Origin: Patescibacteria group bacterium
GTDB lineage: Bacteria; Patescibacteriota; Saccharimonadia; Saccharimonadales; 2-12-FULL-41-12
DNA: 53,368 nt
Reading direction: 5' to 3'
Assembly: GCA_038064875.1 (NCBI GenBank)
Contig: JBBTSC010000001.1
Coordinates: forward strand, 1-53,368
In this document: piece after piece, positions 27,717-37,111 of the stretch
Position numbering within the stretch: the first letter of the stretch is position 1
Layout: each line of letters opens with the position of its first letter
Made by a program: the position numbers and the translations under genes
The notes under the pieces: generated by a model
Databases searched by the model: none
What the model saw: only the letters and a program-made list of their open reading frames with translations
Told to the model about the DNA's origin: nothing

Positions 27717-28981
27717 TGTCGCACGAAAATTTGCAAAAAGTTCGTCTTGATAAGTTCGTTCAAGGTGGTCAGGCTTTGGGGTTGCTCGAAAGCGGAAAAA
27801 AGATATTTGTTTGGGGTGGTTTGCCCGCCGAATTGGTAGAAGTCAGAGTCACCCGTAACAAATCATCGTACGCCGAGGGCATAGTTGAGAATATAATTGA
27901 GCCTTCTAACGAGAGAATAGAGCCTAAAGAGCCAGCAAGCTATCTGTCAACGAGCCCTTGGCAGATCATGGACTACGGTTACGAGACTCAAGTAAAAAAA
28001 CAGTTAGTCATTGATGCCTCTGAGCAACATAGCGTAGTATTGCCAGAATTTGAAGTAGCAAATGAGGTAGATGAGTCGTCAAGTTATGGCTATCGCAACA
28101 AGATGGAATATAGCTTTTATGGTGATGAAAAAGGGGTGCACCTAGCTCTCTTTAAAAGAGGCACTCACTACAAGAGTATCGTTGAAGGATCAAAGTTAGC
28201 AGACCCAGAAATAGATAAATCCGCGCAGGAAATCCTCGAGTTGCTAAAAAGTAAAAACGTACGCGCAGGTGATCTAAAATCTCTAATAATTAGAACAAGT
28301 AATAATGGTGACAATGTTGGCTGTCTTTTTGTAAAAACGGAAGATTTCCCGACAATTGATGTGCCAAGTATTTTCACGGGATTTTCAGTCTACCATTCAA
28401 ATCCTAAGAGTCCGGCGTCTGTGCCAACAAAATTGTTACAAGAATCTGGCAAGAACTTCCTGAGTGAATCTATAAATGGCAATTCAATAAATTTTGGTTC
28501 GCTTGGATTTTTTCAGGTCAATATACCGGTATTTGAGCAGGCTATCCAGAGAATATCAAAATATGTAGGTAATCATCAAATCATAGATATGTACGGTGGT
28601 GTAGGGACGATAACTACAGCATTAGGCTCAAAGAACGCCACAATCATAGAAAGTGATTCGGCGAATATAGAATACGCTCAGGTAAATACCAAAGACCTGG
28701 ATGCGCAGATTATTCATGAATCTGGAGAAAAGGCGCTAGAACATATAGTTAAAGACAAAATTTTGGTTGTTGACCCACCGCGAGCGGGCTTGCACCATAA
28801 AGTGGTGGGCGCCATTAACGAAGTCAAGCCAAAGTCTTTGGTTTATCTATCTTGTAACCCAGTAACGATGATGCGCGACCTCAGCCTCATAGATAATTAT
28901 AAAATTGTTGATTTTACTGTCTATAACTTTTTCCCGAGGACGCCACATATTGAGTGCTTGGCTGTGTTAGAATTAAAGTAA
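27716..28981 (+). CDS. rlmD: RlmD/TrmA-family RNA (uracil-5-)-methyltransferase with a TRAM domain
   Basis: N-terminal TRAM, YGYRNKMEY, FFQVN, DMYGGVG, VDPPRAG, YLSCNP (catalytic Cys), FFPRTPHIE. Exact target uridine uncertain. Confidence 0.8.
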   Translation: MSHENLQKVRLDKFVQGGQALGLLESGKKIFVWGGLPAELVEVRVTRNKSSYAEGIVENIIEPSNERIEPKEPASYLSTSPWQIMDYGYETQVKKQLVIDASEQHSVVLPEFEVANEVDESSSYGYRNKMEYSFYGDEKGVHLALFKRGTHYKSIVEGSKLADPEIDKSAQEILELLKSKNVRAGDLKSLIIRTSNNGDNVGCLFVKTEDFPTIDVPSIFTGFSVYHSNPKSPASVPTKLLQESGKNFLSESINGNSINFGSLGFFQVNIPVFEQAIQRISKYVGNHQIIDMYGGVGTITTALGSKNATIIESDSANIEYAQVNTKDLDAQIIHESGEKALEHIVKDKILVVDPPRAGLHHKVVGAINEVKPKSLVYLSCNPVTMMRDLSLIDNYKIVDFTVYNFFPRTPHIECLAVLELK

Positions 28982-28991
28982 GCGATATATT

Positions 28992-29678
28992 ATGAAGATT
29001 CACAGGTTTTACATTGGTGGGAAGATAGATCTAAAGCATGATTTTTGGGTGCATGATGAGGCTTTGCTTTGGCAGTGGAACAGAGTGCTTAGGTTCAAAG
29101 AAGGGCGGGAAATTGTTCTATTTGATGGAGTTGGCAAAGACAGGCTTTATGAGATTAAGTCCATTAGCCCCAAAGAAGCTCACCTGAATTTGGTGACAGA
29201 ACTACACGCTAAGTTACCAAAAACACATGTTTATTTGTTTTGGTCGCTGATAAAGAGCGATAAAAATGATTTGGTTATCCAAAAGTGCACTGAGCTTGGG
29301 GTTACAAATTTTGTGCCAATTATTTCAGAAAGATCGGTAAAGACAGGATTCAATTTAGCTAGAGCAGAGAAGATAGCAGTCGAAGCTAGTGAACAATGTG
29401 GCAGATCGACGATCCCTCATATAAGAGAGCCAATTCATATTGAGGAGCTTGTGAAAGAATATGATGATGTCCAGCTTTTAGTTTGCCATTTTGGTCATTC
29501 AGAGCTAGAGCAAATTAAAAAAGACAATAAAATCGGCATAATAGTTGGACCAGAAGGTGGATTTACAGATGAGGAAGTGGCATCTTTGGTGGCAGGAGGT
29601 GCAAAGATTATTGAGCTTGGCCAGATGACACTCAGAGCAGAAACAGCAGCTATTGTGGCAGTAAGTAAGTTTCTGTAG
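28992..29678 (+). CDS. rsmE: 16S rRNA m3U1498 methyltransferase
   Basis: QKCTELGV, EASEQCGR, IVGPEGGF, LRAETAA (SPOUT fold). Confidence 0.95.
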   Translation: MKIHRFYIGGKIDLKHDFWVHDEALLWQWNRVLRFKEGREIVLFDGVGKDRLYEIKSISPKEAHLNLVTELHAKLPKTHVYLFWSLIKSDKNDLVIQKCTELGVTNFVPIISERSVKTGFNLARAEKIAVEASEQCGRSTIPHIREPIHIEELVKEYDDVQLLVCHFGHSELEQIKKDNKIGIIVGPEGGFTDEEVASLVAGGAKIIELGQMTLRAETAAIVAVSKFL

Positions 29679-29738
29679 CTTAAGGAGGGAAAACCCAATA
29701 AGGTTTCTCCTTCCTTAGACTCTCCCGCCTTGGCGGGA
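29679..29738. repeat. Tandem hairpins: a CTTAAGG-type palindrome plus the REP-like TCCCGCCTTGGCGGGA
   Basis: CTTAAGGAGGGAAAACC-caataa-GGTTTCTCCTTCCTTAG (29679-718), then TCCCGC-cttg-GCGGGA (29723-38). Confidence 0.55.
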
Positions 29739-29831
29739 TCGTGATCCTCCCTTTCCAATGTGTAGATTTTTGTGATCAAGTAACAAAAATTACTATCTAA
29801 AGGAAATTTTTGACCTGTTATAATAGAACCA

Positions 29832-30626
29832 ATGGCTTATAGCACTCGTAATACAAAACCTTATTCTCCTGGGCAGAAAGACCCTTTCAAAGTTAGCCGG
29901 ACAAAAATCGAGGATTTTCATAATTGTCCTCGATGTTTTTGGCTAGATCGGCGAATGAAGATCACGCGCCCAAGCAGCCCGCCATTTAATATCAACAAAG
30001 CAATTGACGAATTGTTTAAAAAAGAATTTGATTATTATCGTAAAAAAGACGAGCAACATCCGCTTCAGGTAGAATTTGGTGTTGATGCAAAGCCATATGC
30101 TCATAAAGATTTAGATCAGTGGCGACACAATTTTACAGGGGTGCAGGCGCTACACGCGCCAACAAATCTGCTTGTATTTGGTGCCGTAGATGACATTTGG
30201 GTAAATCCAGAGGGTGAACTCATAGTCGTAGATTACAAGGCTACCGCCAAGACAGGTGAGATTACAGATCTTGGTCCGGTAGGTGGCTGGCAAGATACAT
30301 ATCGTCGTCAAATGGAAGTGTATCAATGGCTACTCCGCCAAAATGGTTTCGCGGTGAGTGACGTGGGTTATTTCGTGTACGCAAACGGAGATGCTAGCAA
30401 AGAGCATTTCAAGAATATTATAGAATTTCGAACAAATGTTTTTCCTCACAAAGGTGATGATTCATGGATAGAACCGACTCTTAATAAGATGAAAGATTGT
30501 TTGGAAGGTGAGATGCCAGAAGTTGGTGTGAGTGTCATGGGTGGTCCGTGCGAACACTGTACGTATGCACGTGCTCGGACAGAACTAACTCTCAAGCATA
30601 TCAATGGAAAAACTAAGAAAAAGTAA
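29832..30626 (+). CDS. PD-(D/E)XK nuclease family protein (Cas4/AddB-like, solo)
   Basis: GAVDDIW...VVDYKAT, RQMEVY motif, N-terminal CPRC and C-terminal CEHC. Confidence 0.85.
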   Translation: MAYSTRNTKPYSPGQKDPFKVSRTKIEDFHNCPRCFWLDRRMKITRPSSPPFNINKAIDELFKKEFDYYRKKDEQHPLQVEFGVDAKPYAHKDLDQWRHNFTGVQALHAPTNLLVFGAVDDIWVNPEGELIVVDYKATAKTGEITDLGPVGGWQDTYRRQMEVYQWLLRQNGFAVSDVGYFVYANGDASKEHFKNIIEFRTNVFPHKGDDSWIEPTLNKMKDCLEGEMPEVGVSVMGGPCEHCTYARARTELTLKHINGKTKKK

Positions 30627-30640
30627 GATATAATAAAGCT

Positions 30641-31867
30641 ATGTTAGATATTAAGTTTATTCGGGAGAATCCAGAACTTGTAGAAAAAAAATCTGCAGAG
30701 AAAAATATCAAGGTAGATGTCAAAAAACTTCTCGAGGCTGATAGTGTTCGTCTAGGTTTGATACAAAGAGTAGATGTTCTCAGAGAAAAAAGGAACCAAG
30801 TTGCCGACAAAATGAAGGGCGGGAAGCCAGATCCAGCCCTTGTTGAAGAGGGTAAGCAGATAAAGCTCGCGCTCGTTAGCGAAGAAGAGTTACTCGGCAA
30901 AGCAAGACAAGAATTTGATGATCTACTAAATGACATTCCAAATCTTCACGCAGACGATACTCCCATCGGTGGTGAGGAAAATAATCAAGTTATCAAGGTA
31001 GTTGGTAATGCTGAGAAACAAGAAGGTGTAGTAGATCATTTAACGTGGCTTGAGCAAAGAGATTTTGTTGATTTTGAGCGTGGGGCAAAGACTTCAGGTG
31101 CTAAATTCTTCTACAGCAAAGGTGATTTAGCTAAAATGGAACTGGCTCTAACTCAGTTCGCTATGGCAGAGGTTGAAAAGCACGGCTTTACACCTATGAT
31201 TGTTCCAAATCTAGTAAATTCCAGATCTATCAAAGGTACTGGTTTTGCGCCAAAAGGTGACGAAAAACAGATATATAAAGTCGAAGGCGAGGACTTAAAC
31301 CTCATTGCAACTTCAGAAATTCCAATGACCGCCTATCATGCAGATGAAATTATAGACATAGACAGGCTCCCAATATGCTACGTAGGGTATAGCCCATGCT
31401 ATCGAGTGGAGGCTGGATCATATGGAAAACATAGCAAGGGACTTTTTAGAGTTCACCAATTTTACAAAGTAGAGATGTATGTATTTTGTGCCCCTGACCA
31501 GTCAGAGCAGTGGCACGCCAAAATTCTAGAAATTGAAGAATCAATCTTATCAAAACTCGATATCCCTTACCGCGTAGCTAATATTGCAAGCGGTGATCTT
31601 GGTGCTCCTGCTTTCAAAAAATACGATATTGAATACTTCAGTCCTATAGACGGCGAGTACCGTGAGCTAACCAGTTGTTCAAATGTAACTGACTACCAAG
31701 CAAGACGAATGAATATACGCTACCGCGACAAAGACGGCCAAATTAACTTCTTACACACGCTAAATGGTACAGCTATGGTAACCAGCCGAGGGCCGATAGC
31801 AATCATAGAAAATCATCAAGATGGCAGTGGCAACCTCAACATCCCAGAAGTTCTCAACCTAAATTAG
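30641..31867 (+). CDS. serS: Serine--tRNA ligase
   Basis: MLDIKFIREN, LIATSEIP, CYRVEAG, GLFRVHQFYKVE, ELTSCSN, HTLNGT. Confidence 0.96.
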   Translation: MLDIKFIRENPELVEKKSAEKNIKVDVKKLLEADSVRLGLIQRVDVLREKRNQVADKMKGGKPDPALVEEGKQIKLALVSEEELLGKARQEFDDLLNDIPNLHADDTPIGGEENNQVIKVVGNAEKQEGVVDHLTWLEQRDFVDFERGAKTSGAKFFYSKGDLAKMELALTQFAMAEVEKHGFTPMIVPNLVNSRSIKGTGFAPKGDEKQIYKVEGEDLNLIATSEIPMTAYHADEIIDIDRLPICYVGYSPCYRVEAGSYGKHSKGLFRVHQFYKVEMYVFCAPDQSEQWHAKILEIEESILSKLDIPYRVANIASGDLGAPAFKKYDIEYFSPIDGEYRELTSCSNVTDYQARRMNIRYRDKDGQINFLHTLNGTAMVTSRGPIAIIENHQDGSGNLNIPEVLNLN

Positions 31868-31899
31868 TTGTTCAATACATTAAAAGATAGGAGCAAGGT

Positions 31900-32259
31900 A
31901 TGATCAAGTCAATACAACTAAGTGGCGTTCACAGCAAGCTGACAAAAGAAGTCCGCGCTTATGTTCAGAAAAAGATAGGTGGGCTTGATAAATTTATACC
32001 AAAAGACGCACGAGGTAGCACTCAGGTAGATGTCAAAATAAAAGAAGCAAAGTCCAAAGACAAGCAAATGTTTGAATGTGAAATAATCGTAAAGCTACCA
32101 AAAGCAAATCTAGCAGTTCATGAAAAATCCACAACCGCTCTGTCTGCCATAGATATCGCGGAAGATAACCTAAAAAATCAGCTCAAAAAGTACAAAGAAA
32201 AACATTCTGGCCCAAGACTACACCGTAGGATTTTGCGTCGTATCAACAGAAGGGGCTAG
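31900..32259 (+). CDS. hpf: Ribosome hibernation promoting factor (short HPF/RaiA)
   Basis: IQLSGVHSKLTKEVRAYVQKKI, AIDIAEDNLKNQLKKYKEK; SD AGGAG. Confidence 0.9.
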   Translation: MIKSIQLSGVHSKLTKEVRAYVQKKIGGLDKFIPKDARGSTQVDVKIKEAKSKDKQMFECEIIVKLPKANLAVHEKSTTALSAIDIAEDNLKNQLKKYKEKHSGPRLHRRILRRINRRG

Positions 32260-33065
32260 CCAAGTAGGGCACCACCGTCGACTACTATCTGTGAACCAGT
32301 CATGTAGCTAGATAGATCACTAGCTAAAAACAATGCGACTTTACCAATTTCGTCAGGCTCTCCCATACGGTGCATCGGTATTTTTGCCAAAAAAGCGTCG
32401 GTGATGGCCTTCATGTCTATACCTGGCGGAAGCTTGCTAGGGTCTTGCATGGTAGCTACCCCAGGAGTAGATATACCCCCTGGCGCAATAGCGTTAACCC
32501 AAATTTTATTCTCAGCAAGTTCAATAGCTACATTTTTAGTAAAGCCCCAAACTCCGTGCTTACTAGAGTCATAATGAGCCAGGCCAACCATAGATGGGTG
32601 AAGAGCATCAATAGAAGTAACATTTATAATCCTTCCACCATTGCCTTGTGTGATCATCTGCTTGCTGACTGCTTTTGTGGTCAGGAAAACACCTCGAAGA
32701 TTAACATCAATAACTTTCATGAAATCAGCTTCCTCCATGACACTAAGAGGCTGGCTCGGGAATATTCCGGCGTTATTGACCAATATATCGATCTTTCCGA
32801 ATTTTTCCAGGGTCTTTGATAGCAGATTGTCAATATCAGTTTTGCTACTAACATCAGTTACAACTGACAGAGCAGAGTCCGCTCGCAGATTATTTAGTTT
32901 GCTTGCTTCTGAATCAGCATTTTGTTGATTCATATCTGCGATAACTATTTTTGCTCCGGCTTCATGGAGTCTTTCGGCAATTCCTTGACCAATCCCGACA
33001 GCACCGCCAGTTACTATGGCTACTTTATTTTCTAAAGATATAAGTTGTGATAGTGGTTTGTTCAT
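32256..33065 (-). CDS. Short-chain dehydrogenase/reductase (SDR)
   Basis: TGGAVGIG, DILVNNAG, YDSSK (YxxxK), NAIAPG. Shares a CTAG stop overlap with hpf. Confidence 0.93.
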   Translation of the reverse strand: MNKPLSQLISLENKVAIVTGGAVGIGQGIAERLHEAGAKIVIADMNQQNADSEASKLNNLRADSALSVVTDVSSKTDIDNLLSKTLEKFGKIDILVNNAGIFPSQPLSVMEEADFMKVIDVNLRGVFLTTKAVSKQMITQGNGGRIINVTSIDALHPSMVGLAHYDSSKHGVWGFTKNVAIELAENKIWVNAIAPGGISTPGVATMQDPSKLPPGIDMKAITDAFLAKIPMHRMGEPDEIGKVALFLASDLSSYMTGSQIVVDGGALLG

Positions 33066-33212
33066 AGCTCTATTATTATCCTTAAGCTTATTTTCTGCAA
33101 CTTTTCGTTATTGGTCAGGTATGAACAAAATTACAGCGGAAGTGGTGTTAATTATCCCTAAAAAGGGTTATAATATTCTCTAAATGATTGAGATAGGGGT
33201 AGTTTTTTTCTG

Positions 33213-35813
33213 ATGAAGAAGGTATTGAAGAAAGTTCTTGGTGATCCGAGTGTAAAACGGGTCAAACAACTCACTAAACGTATTAAAAACATTAATGCGC
33301 TTGAAGAAAAATATAGACAGATGTCTAAGAAAGATCTTCAAAAGCAGACGGATGTACTTAAAAAGCGTTTAGAAAAAGAATCTTTGGACAAGATTTTGCC
33401 TGATGCATTTGCGCTTGTTCGCGAAGCATCAGTACGTGTACTTGGTATGAGGCATTTCGATGTTCAACTAGTCGGGGGTATGGCTCTGCACCAAGGTACA
33501 GTGGCAGAAATGAAAACAGGTGAGGGTAAGACATTAGTAGCGACTCTACCAGTCTACCTAAATGCTCTAACCGGAAAAGGTGTACATGTTGTCACGGTCA
33601 ACGAATATTTGGCTCAACGTGATGCTGGTTGGATGGGAGAACTATATGACTTCTTGGGGCTATCTGTAGGTGTTATTATCGCTGACGAATCATTTTTATA
33701 CGATGCAAGTTATGACAATAAAGATCATACTGATCCAAGAATGCGTAAACTTAAATCTGCCAGTCGACAAGAAGCATATCGTGCCGATATAACGTACGGT
33801 ACCAACAACGAATATGGCTTCGACTATCTGCGTGACAACATGGTTCGTGATGAATCACAACTTCGACAGCGTGAGCTCAACTTCGCCATTGTTGACGAGG
33901 TAGACTCAATCTTAATTGATGAAGCACGAACACCTCTGATCATTTCATCATCTTCGCAGGCTAGTTCAACAGCATATGAACAATTTGCCAGGATTGCTAG
34001 GCAACTTGAGAGAGATACGCATTATGAAGTTGACGAAAAACGTCGCGAAGTTGCGCTTAATGACGACGGTGTTGATTTGATAGAAAAGATATTGGGCGTT
34101 AAAAATTTCTACACAAGTGAAAATATTCGAAGTATTTATCATATGGAGCAAGCGCTCAAAGCTGAAGGACTTTTCCACCGTGACAAAGAATATGTTGTTA
34201 CTACAGAGGGTGAAATCGTTATTGTCGATGAGCACACGGGACGTCTTCTTAAAGGGCGTCGCTACAATGAAGGGCTTCACCAGGCAATCGAAGCCAAGGA
34301 AGGCGTTGATATCCAAGAAGAGTCAATGACCTTGGCTACTATAAGTTTCCAGAACTACTTCCGACTTTACGAAAAATTATCTGGTATGACTGGTACGGCA
34401 GCCACAGAAGCCGAAGAATTCCATATGATTTACAAGCTCGACGTTCTTGAAATACCACCAAACAGAAAGCTTGCCAGGATAGATCTACCAGATAAAATCT
34501 ACAAAAATGAAATAGGCAAATTCCAATCAATAATCGCTGAAGTTAAAGTGCTACACAAAAAAGGTCAGCCAGTGCTTATCGGTACTGCATCCATAGAGAA
34601 AAACGAACTATTAAGCCACTTGCTCAAAGAAGCAAAAATACCTCATGAAGTTTTAAATGCAAAAAACAACGAACGTGAAGCAGCTATTGTGGCAAAAGCT
34701 GGGCAAAAGGGTGCCGTCACACTTGCTACTAACATTGCTGGTCGTGGTACAGATATTGTCCTGGACGATGATGCTAAAAAAGCAGGTGGTCTTTTTGTCC
34801 TAGGGTCTGAGAGACATGAATCAAGGCGTATCGACAATCAATTAAGGGGACGATCTGGTAGGCAAGGTGACCCAGGAACAACACAATTCTTTGTCTCCTG
34901 TGAGGATGATCTTATGCGAATCTTTGGCGGTGATAAGATACTTGGACTGATGAATCGCCTAAAAGTTGACGATACTACTCCTGTGCAAAATAGAACTATT
35001 TCAAAAAGCTTAGAAGGCGCACAGAAAAAGGTAGAAGGCTTTAACTTTGATATGCGTAAAAATGTCGTTAAGTACGATGATGTTATGAATCGACACCGTC
35101 GAGCAACATATTCTATGAGACGTGAAATCTTAAAGAATTCAGATATTTCACCTCGAGTTAAGCAGTTCCTCAAGACAGAGGCCGAAGATTTAGCAAATTC
35201 ACCACTCGCAACCTCAAAAGAATACGAAGAATTCCTACAAAGTGTTTTCCCGCTGGGTGACAAGACCATGGATAGATTATTTAGTCTTACTCCTAGAGAG
35301 TTTGAAAAAGAGCTTGTTAAAGAAGTTGACAAGCTTTACAAAGCCAAGGAAAAAGAATTTGGTGAGGAAATATTCAGAAAAGTAGAGCGCGATATTTATT
35401 TCCAATTACTTGATGAGCACTGGATGGAGCATCTTGAGAATATGGATTATCTAAAGCAGGGAATCCACTGGGTCGGTGTAGCTCAGCGTGATCCACTTGT
35501 CGAATATCGCAAACAATCACAAAAAATATTTGAAGATATGCAACTGAGTCTGCGGAGTATTTTTAGCAAAACTATACTTCGAATAGAGGCAGTTGACGTA
35601 GAGACTGCACCGGTAGAAACAGAATTGACTCTTGCTGCCAAGAATTCAGTTGATAACGCTGACCAGATAATTCACTCTGAAGGTTACGGGGAAGATGATT
35701 TTTCTATCAAGCAAAAGTCCGACAAATCACCAACCAAAAAACAGGTCAAGAATAAGAAGAAGGCTCGAAAGGCCGAGCGGAACCGAAAAGCAAAGGCTAG
35801 AAAAAGAAAATAG
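33213..35813 (+). CDS. secA: Preprotein translocase ATPase SecA
   Basis: EMKTGEGKT, DEVDSILIDEARTPL, TNIAGRGTD, QLRGRSGRQGDPG. The basic C-terminal tail lacks a SEC-C motif. Confidence 0.98.
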   Translation: MKKVLKKVLGDPSVKRVKQLTKRIKNINALEEKYRQMSKKDLQKQTDVLKKRLEKESLDKILPDAFALVREASVRVLGMRHFDVQLVGGMALHQGTVAEMKTGEGKTLVATLPVYLNALTGKGVHVVTVNEYLAQRDAGWMGELYDFLGLSVGVIIADESFLYDASYDNKDHTDPRMRKLKSASRQEAYRADITYGTNNEYGFDYLRDNMVRDESQLRQRELNFAIVDEVDSILIDEARTPLIISSSSQASSTAYEQFARIARQLERDTHYEVDEKRREVALNDDGVDLIEKILGVKNFYTSENIRSIYHMEQALKAEGLFHRDKEYVVTTEGEIVIVDEHTGRLLKGRRYNEGLHQAIEAKEGVDIQEESMTLATISFQNYFRLYEKLSGMTGTAATEAEEFHMIYKLDVLEIPPNRKLARIDLPDKIYKNEIGKFQSIIAEVKVLHKKGQPVLIGTASIEKNELLSHLLKEAKIPHEVLNAKNNEREAAIVAKAGQKGAVTLATNIAGRGTDIVLDDDAKKAGGLFVLGSERHESRRIDNQLRGRSGRQGDPGTTQFFVSCEDDLMRIFGGDKILGLMNRLKVDDTTPVQNRTISKSLEGAQKKVEGFNFDMRKNVVKYDDVMNRHRRATYSMRREILKNSDISPRVKQFLKTEAEDLANSPLATSKEYEEFLQSVFPLGDKTMDRLFSLTPREFEKELVKEVDKLYKAKEKEFGEEIFRKVERDIYFQLLDEHWMEHLENMDYLKQGIHWVGVAQRDPLVEYRKQSQKIFEDMQLSLRSIFSKTILRIEAVDVETAPVETELTLAAKNSVDNADQIIHSEGYGEDDFSIKQKSDKSPTKKQVKNKKKARKAERNRKAKARKRK

Positions 35814-37099
35814 TGAAACATACAGTTAAGAAAATTAGTCTGAAGGGTGGGGCTAAGGGCTTGATAGTGCATGTCCCAGGGGCAACTGTCATGACTTTGG
35901 AATTTCAATTTATTGCCGGGGAATTTTTAGTACCAAAAAAGAAATGGGAAGTCCCTCACCTCATGGAGCATATGCTACTCGGTGCCAACGAGAGATATCC
36001 GAAAGCACGGCTCTTTCAGCAGGAATTTGAAAAAAATGGGGCATATTGTAATGCTAGCACAGGGGCTTACGGCATAAGCTACGTGGCAGAATGTGCTGAT
36101 TTTGAGTGGGAAAGAATCACGGACTTACTACTTCTCGCTATAACAAAACCTAAATTTCTAGAACAAGAATACAAGGGCGAATTTGGCAATGTCGAAGAAG
36201 AGCTAATATCGCGCCACAACAACTATTTTCGTCAGCTCAGCCTCGCTATGAGAAAAGCCTACGGTCTTTACGCAGAGACCGATAAAGAGCGAATTGAGCT
36301 TATGAAGAACATAGAGCTCAAAGATATAGTCAACCACTACAAGAAGACACATAGTGCGCAGAACATGAGATTTATCATTGCAGGTAATATTCCTCCAGGT
36401 AAAGAAAAAAAGATAAAGAATATGATCGAACAGTCTCATTTTGCATCTGATACAGAAAGAATAGCGATGCCAGACGAAATGCCAAAAATGCTGAAGGCTC
36501 CACTAGTTATTGAAAACAAGACAGTTGAGAACCTTCACTTTTACATAGATATTATTATGAATAGTCCAATAAAAAAGCCTGCCGATCGTTACGCTATTGG
36601 AGCGGTCAATCATCTACTGACAGGAACTCTGTATTCCAGGATACTTGGCGAGGCAAGGGAAAAGGGCTGGGCCTATAGTCTAAGTTCTGACATGTCGTAC
36701 AACAAAGATTTTTCAGTCTGGTGGTTTGGCGGACAAATTAGTCGCAAAAATATAAGAGGAATTTTCGACATTATAGTTAAGGAGATCAAAGATATCCAGG
36801 CTGGTAATATAACAGATGAAGAAATAGATAGAGCCAAAGATTATGCTCTTGGTAGTTTCCAGCGCGGAGGTCAAACAGTTGGCTCAATAGCTGGCAGTTA
36901 TTCATGGAAGTATTATTACGAAAATAGTTTGATAAAATACGACAAAATCCCAGAACTTATCAGAGGTGTGACAAAAGAGCAATGTGTAACCATGGCTCGA
37001 AAAATACTAAAAGATCAGACTTGGTCTATCGGTTTCTTAGGCACAGTAGACAAAGAGCTAATCGAAGAACTAGAATCAAAGATAAAAACGATATTCTGA
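35813..37099 (+). CDS. M16 (pitrilysin/insulinase) family zinc peptidase
   Basis: Inverted zincin HLMEH and the two-domain M16 layout; start overlaps the secA stop. Confidence 0.88.
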   Translation: MKHTVKKISLKGGAKGLIVHVPGATVMTLEFQFIAGEFLVPKKKWEVPHLMEHMLLGANERYPKARLFQQEFEKNGAYCNASTGAYGISYVAECADFEWERITDLLLLAITKPKFLEQEYKGEFGNVEEELISRHNNYFRQLSLAMRKAYGLYAETDKERIELMKNIELKDIVNHYKKTHSAQNMRFIIAGNIPPGKEKKIKNMIEQSHFASDTERIAMPDEMPKMLKAPLVIENKTVENLHFYIDIIMNSPIKKPADRYAIGAVNHLLTGTLYSRILGEAREKGWAYSLSSDMSYNKDFSVWWFGGQISRKNIRGIFDIIVKEIKDIQAGNITDEEIDRAKDYALGSFQRGGQTVGSIAGSYSWKYYYENSLIKYDKIPELIRGVTKEQCVTMARKILKDQTWSIGFLGTVDKELIEELESKIKTIF

Positions 37100-37111
37100 T
37101 ACAATACTTCT

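Noticed and set aside
29832-30626. CRISPR-Cas locus suggested by the Cas4-like nuclease
   Set aside because: No repeat-spacer array or other cas genes were found anywhere in the window
31840-31867. serS pseudogene or truncation (ends IPEVLNLN instead of the usual IPEVLRPYM...)
   Set aside because: All catalytic motifs are present and only a few terminal residues differ; not enough evidence for inactivation
33066-33212. tRNA, tmRNA or riboswitch in the larger intergenic gaps (also 41790-41902, 43043-43196, 44853-44945)
   Set aside because: No cloverleaf, T-loop GTTC motif or recognisable aptamer core was seen
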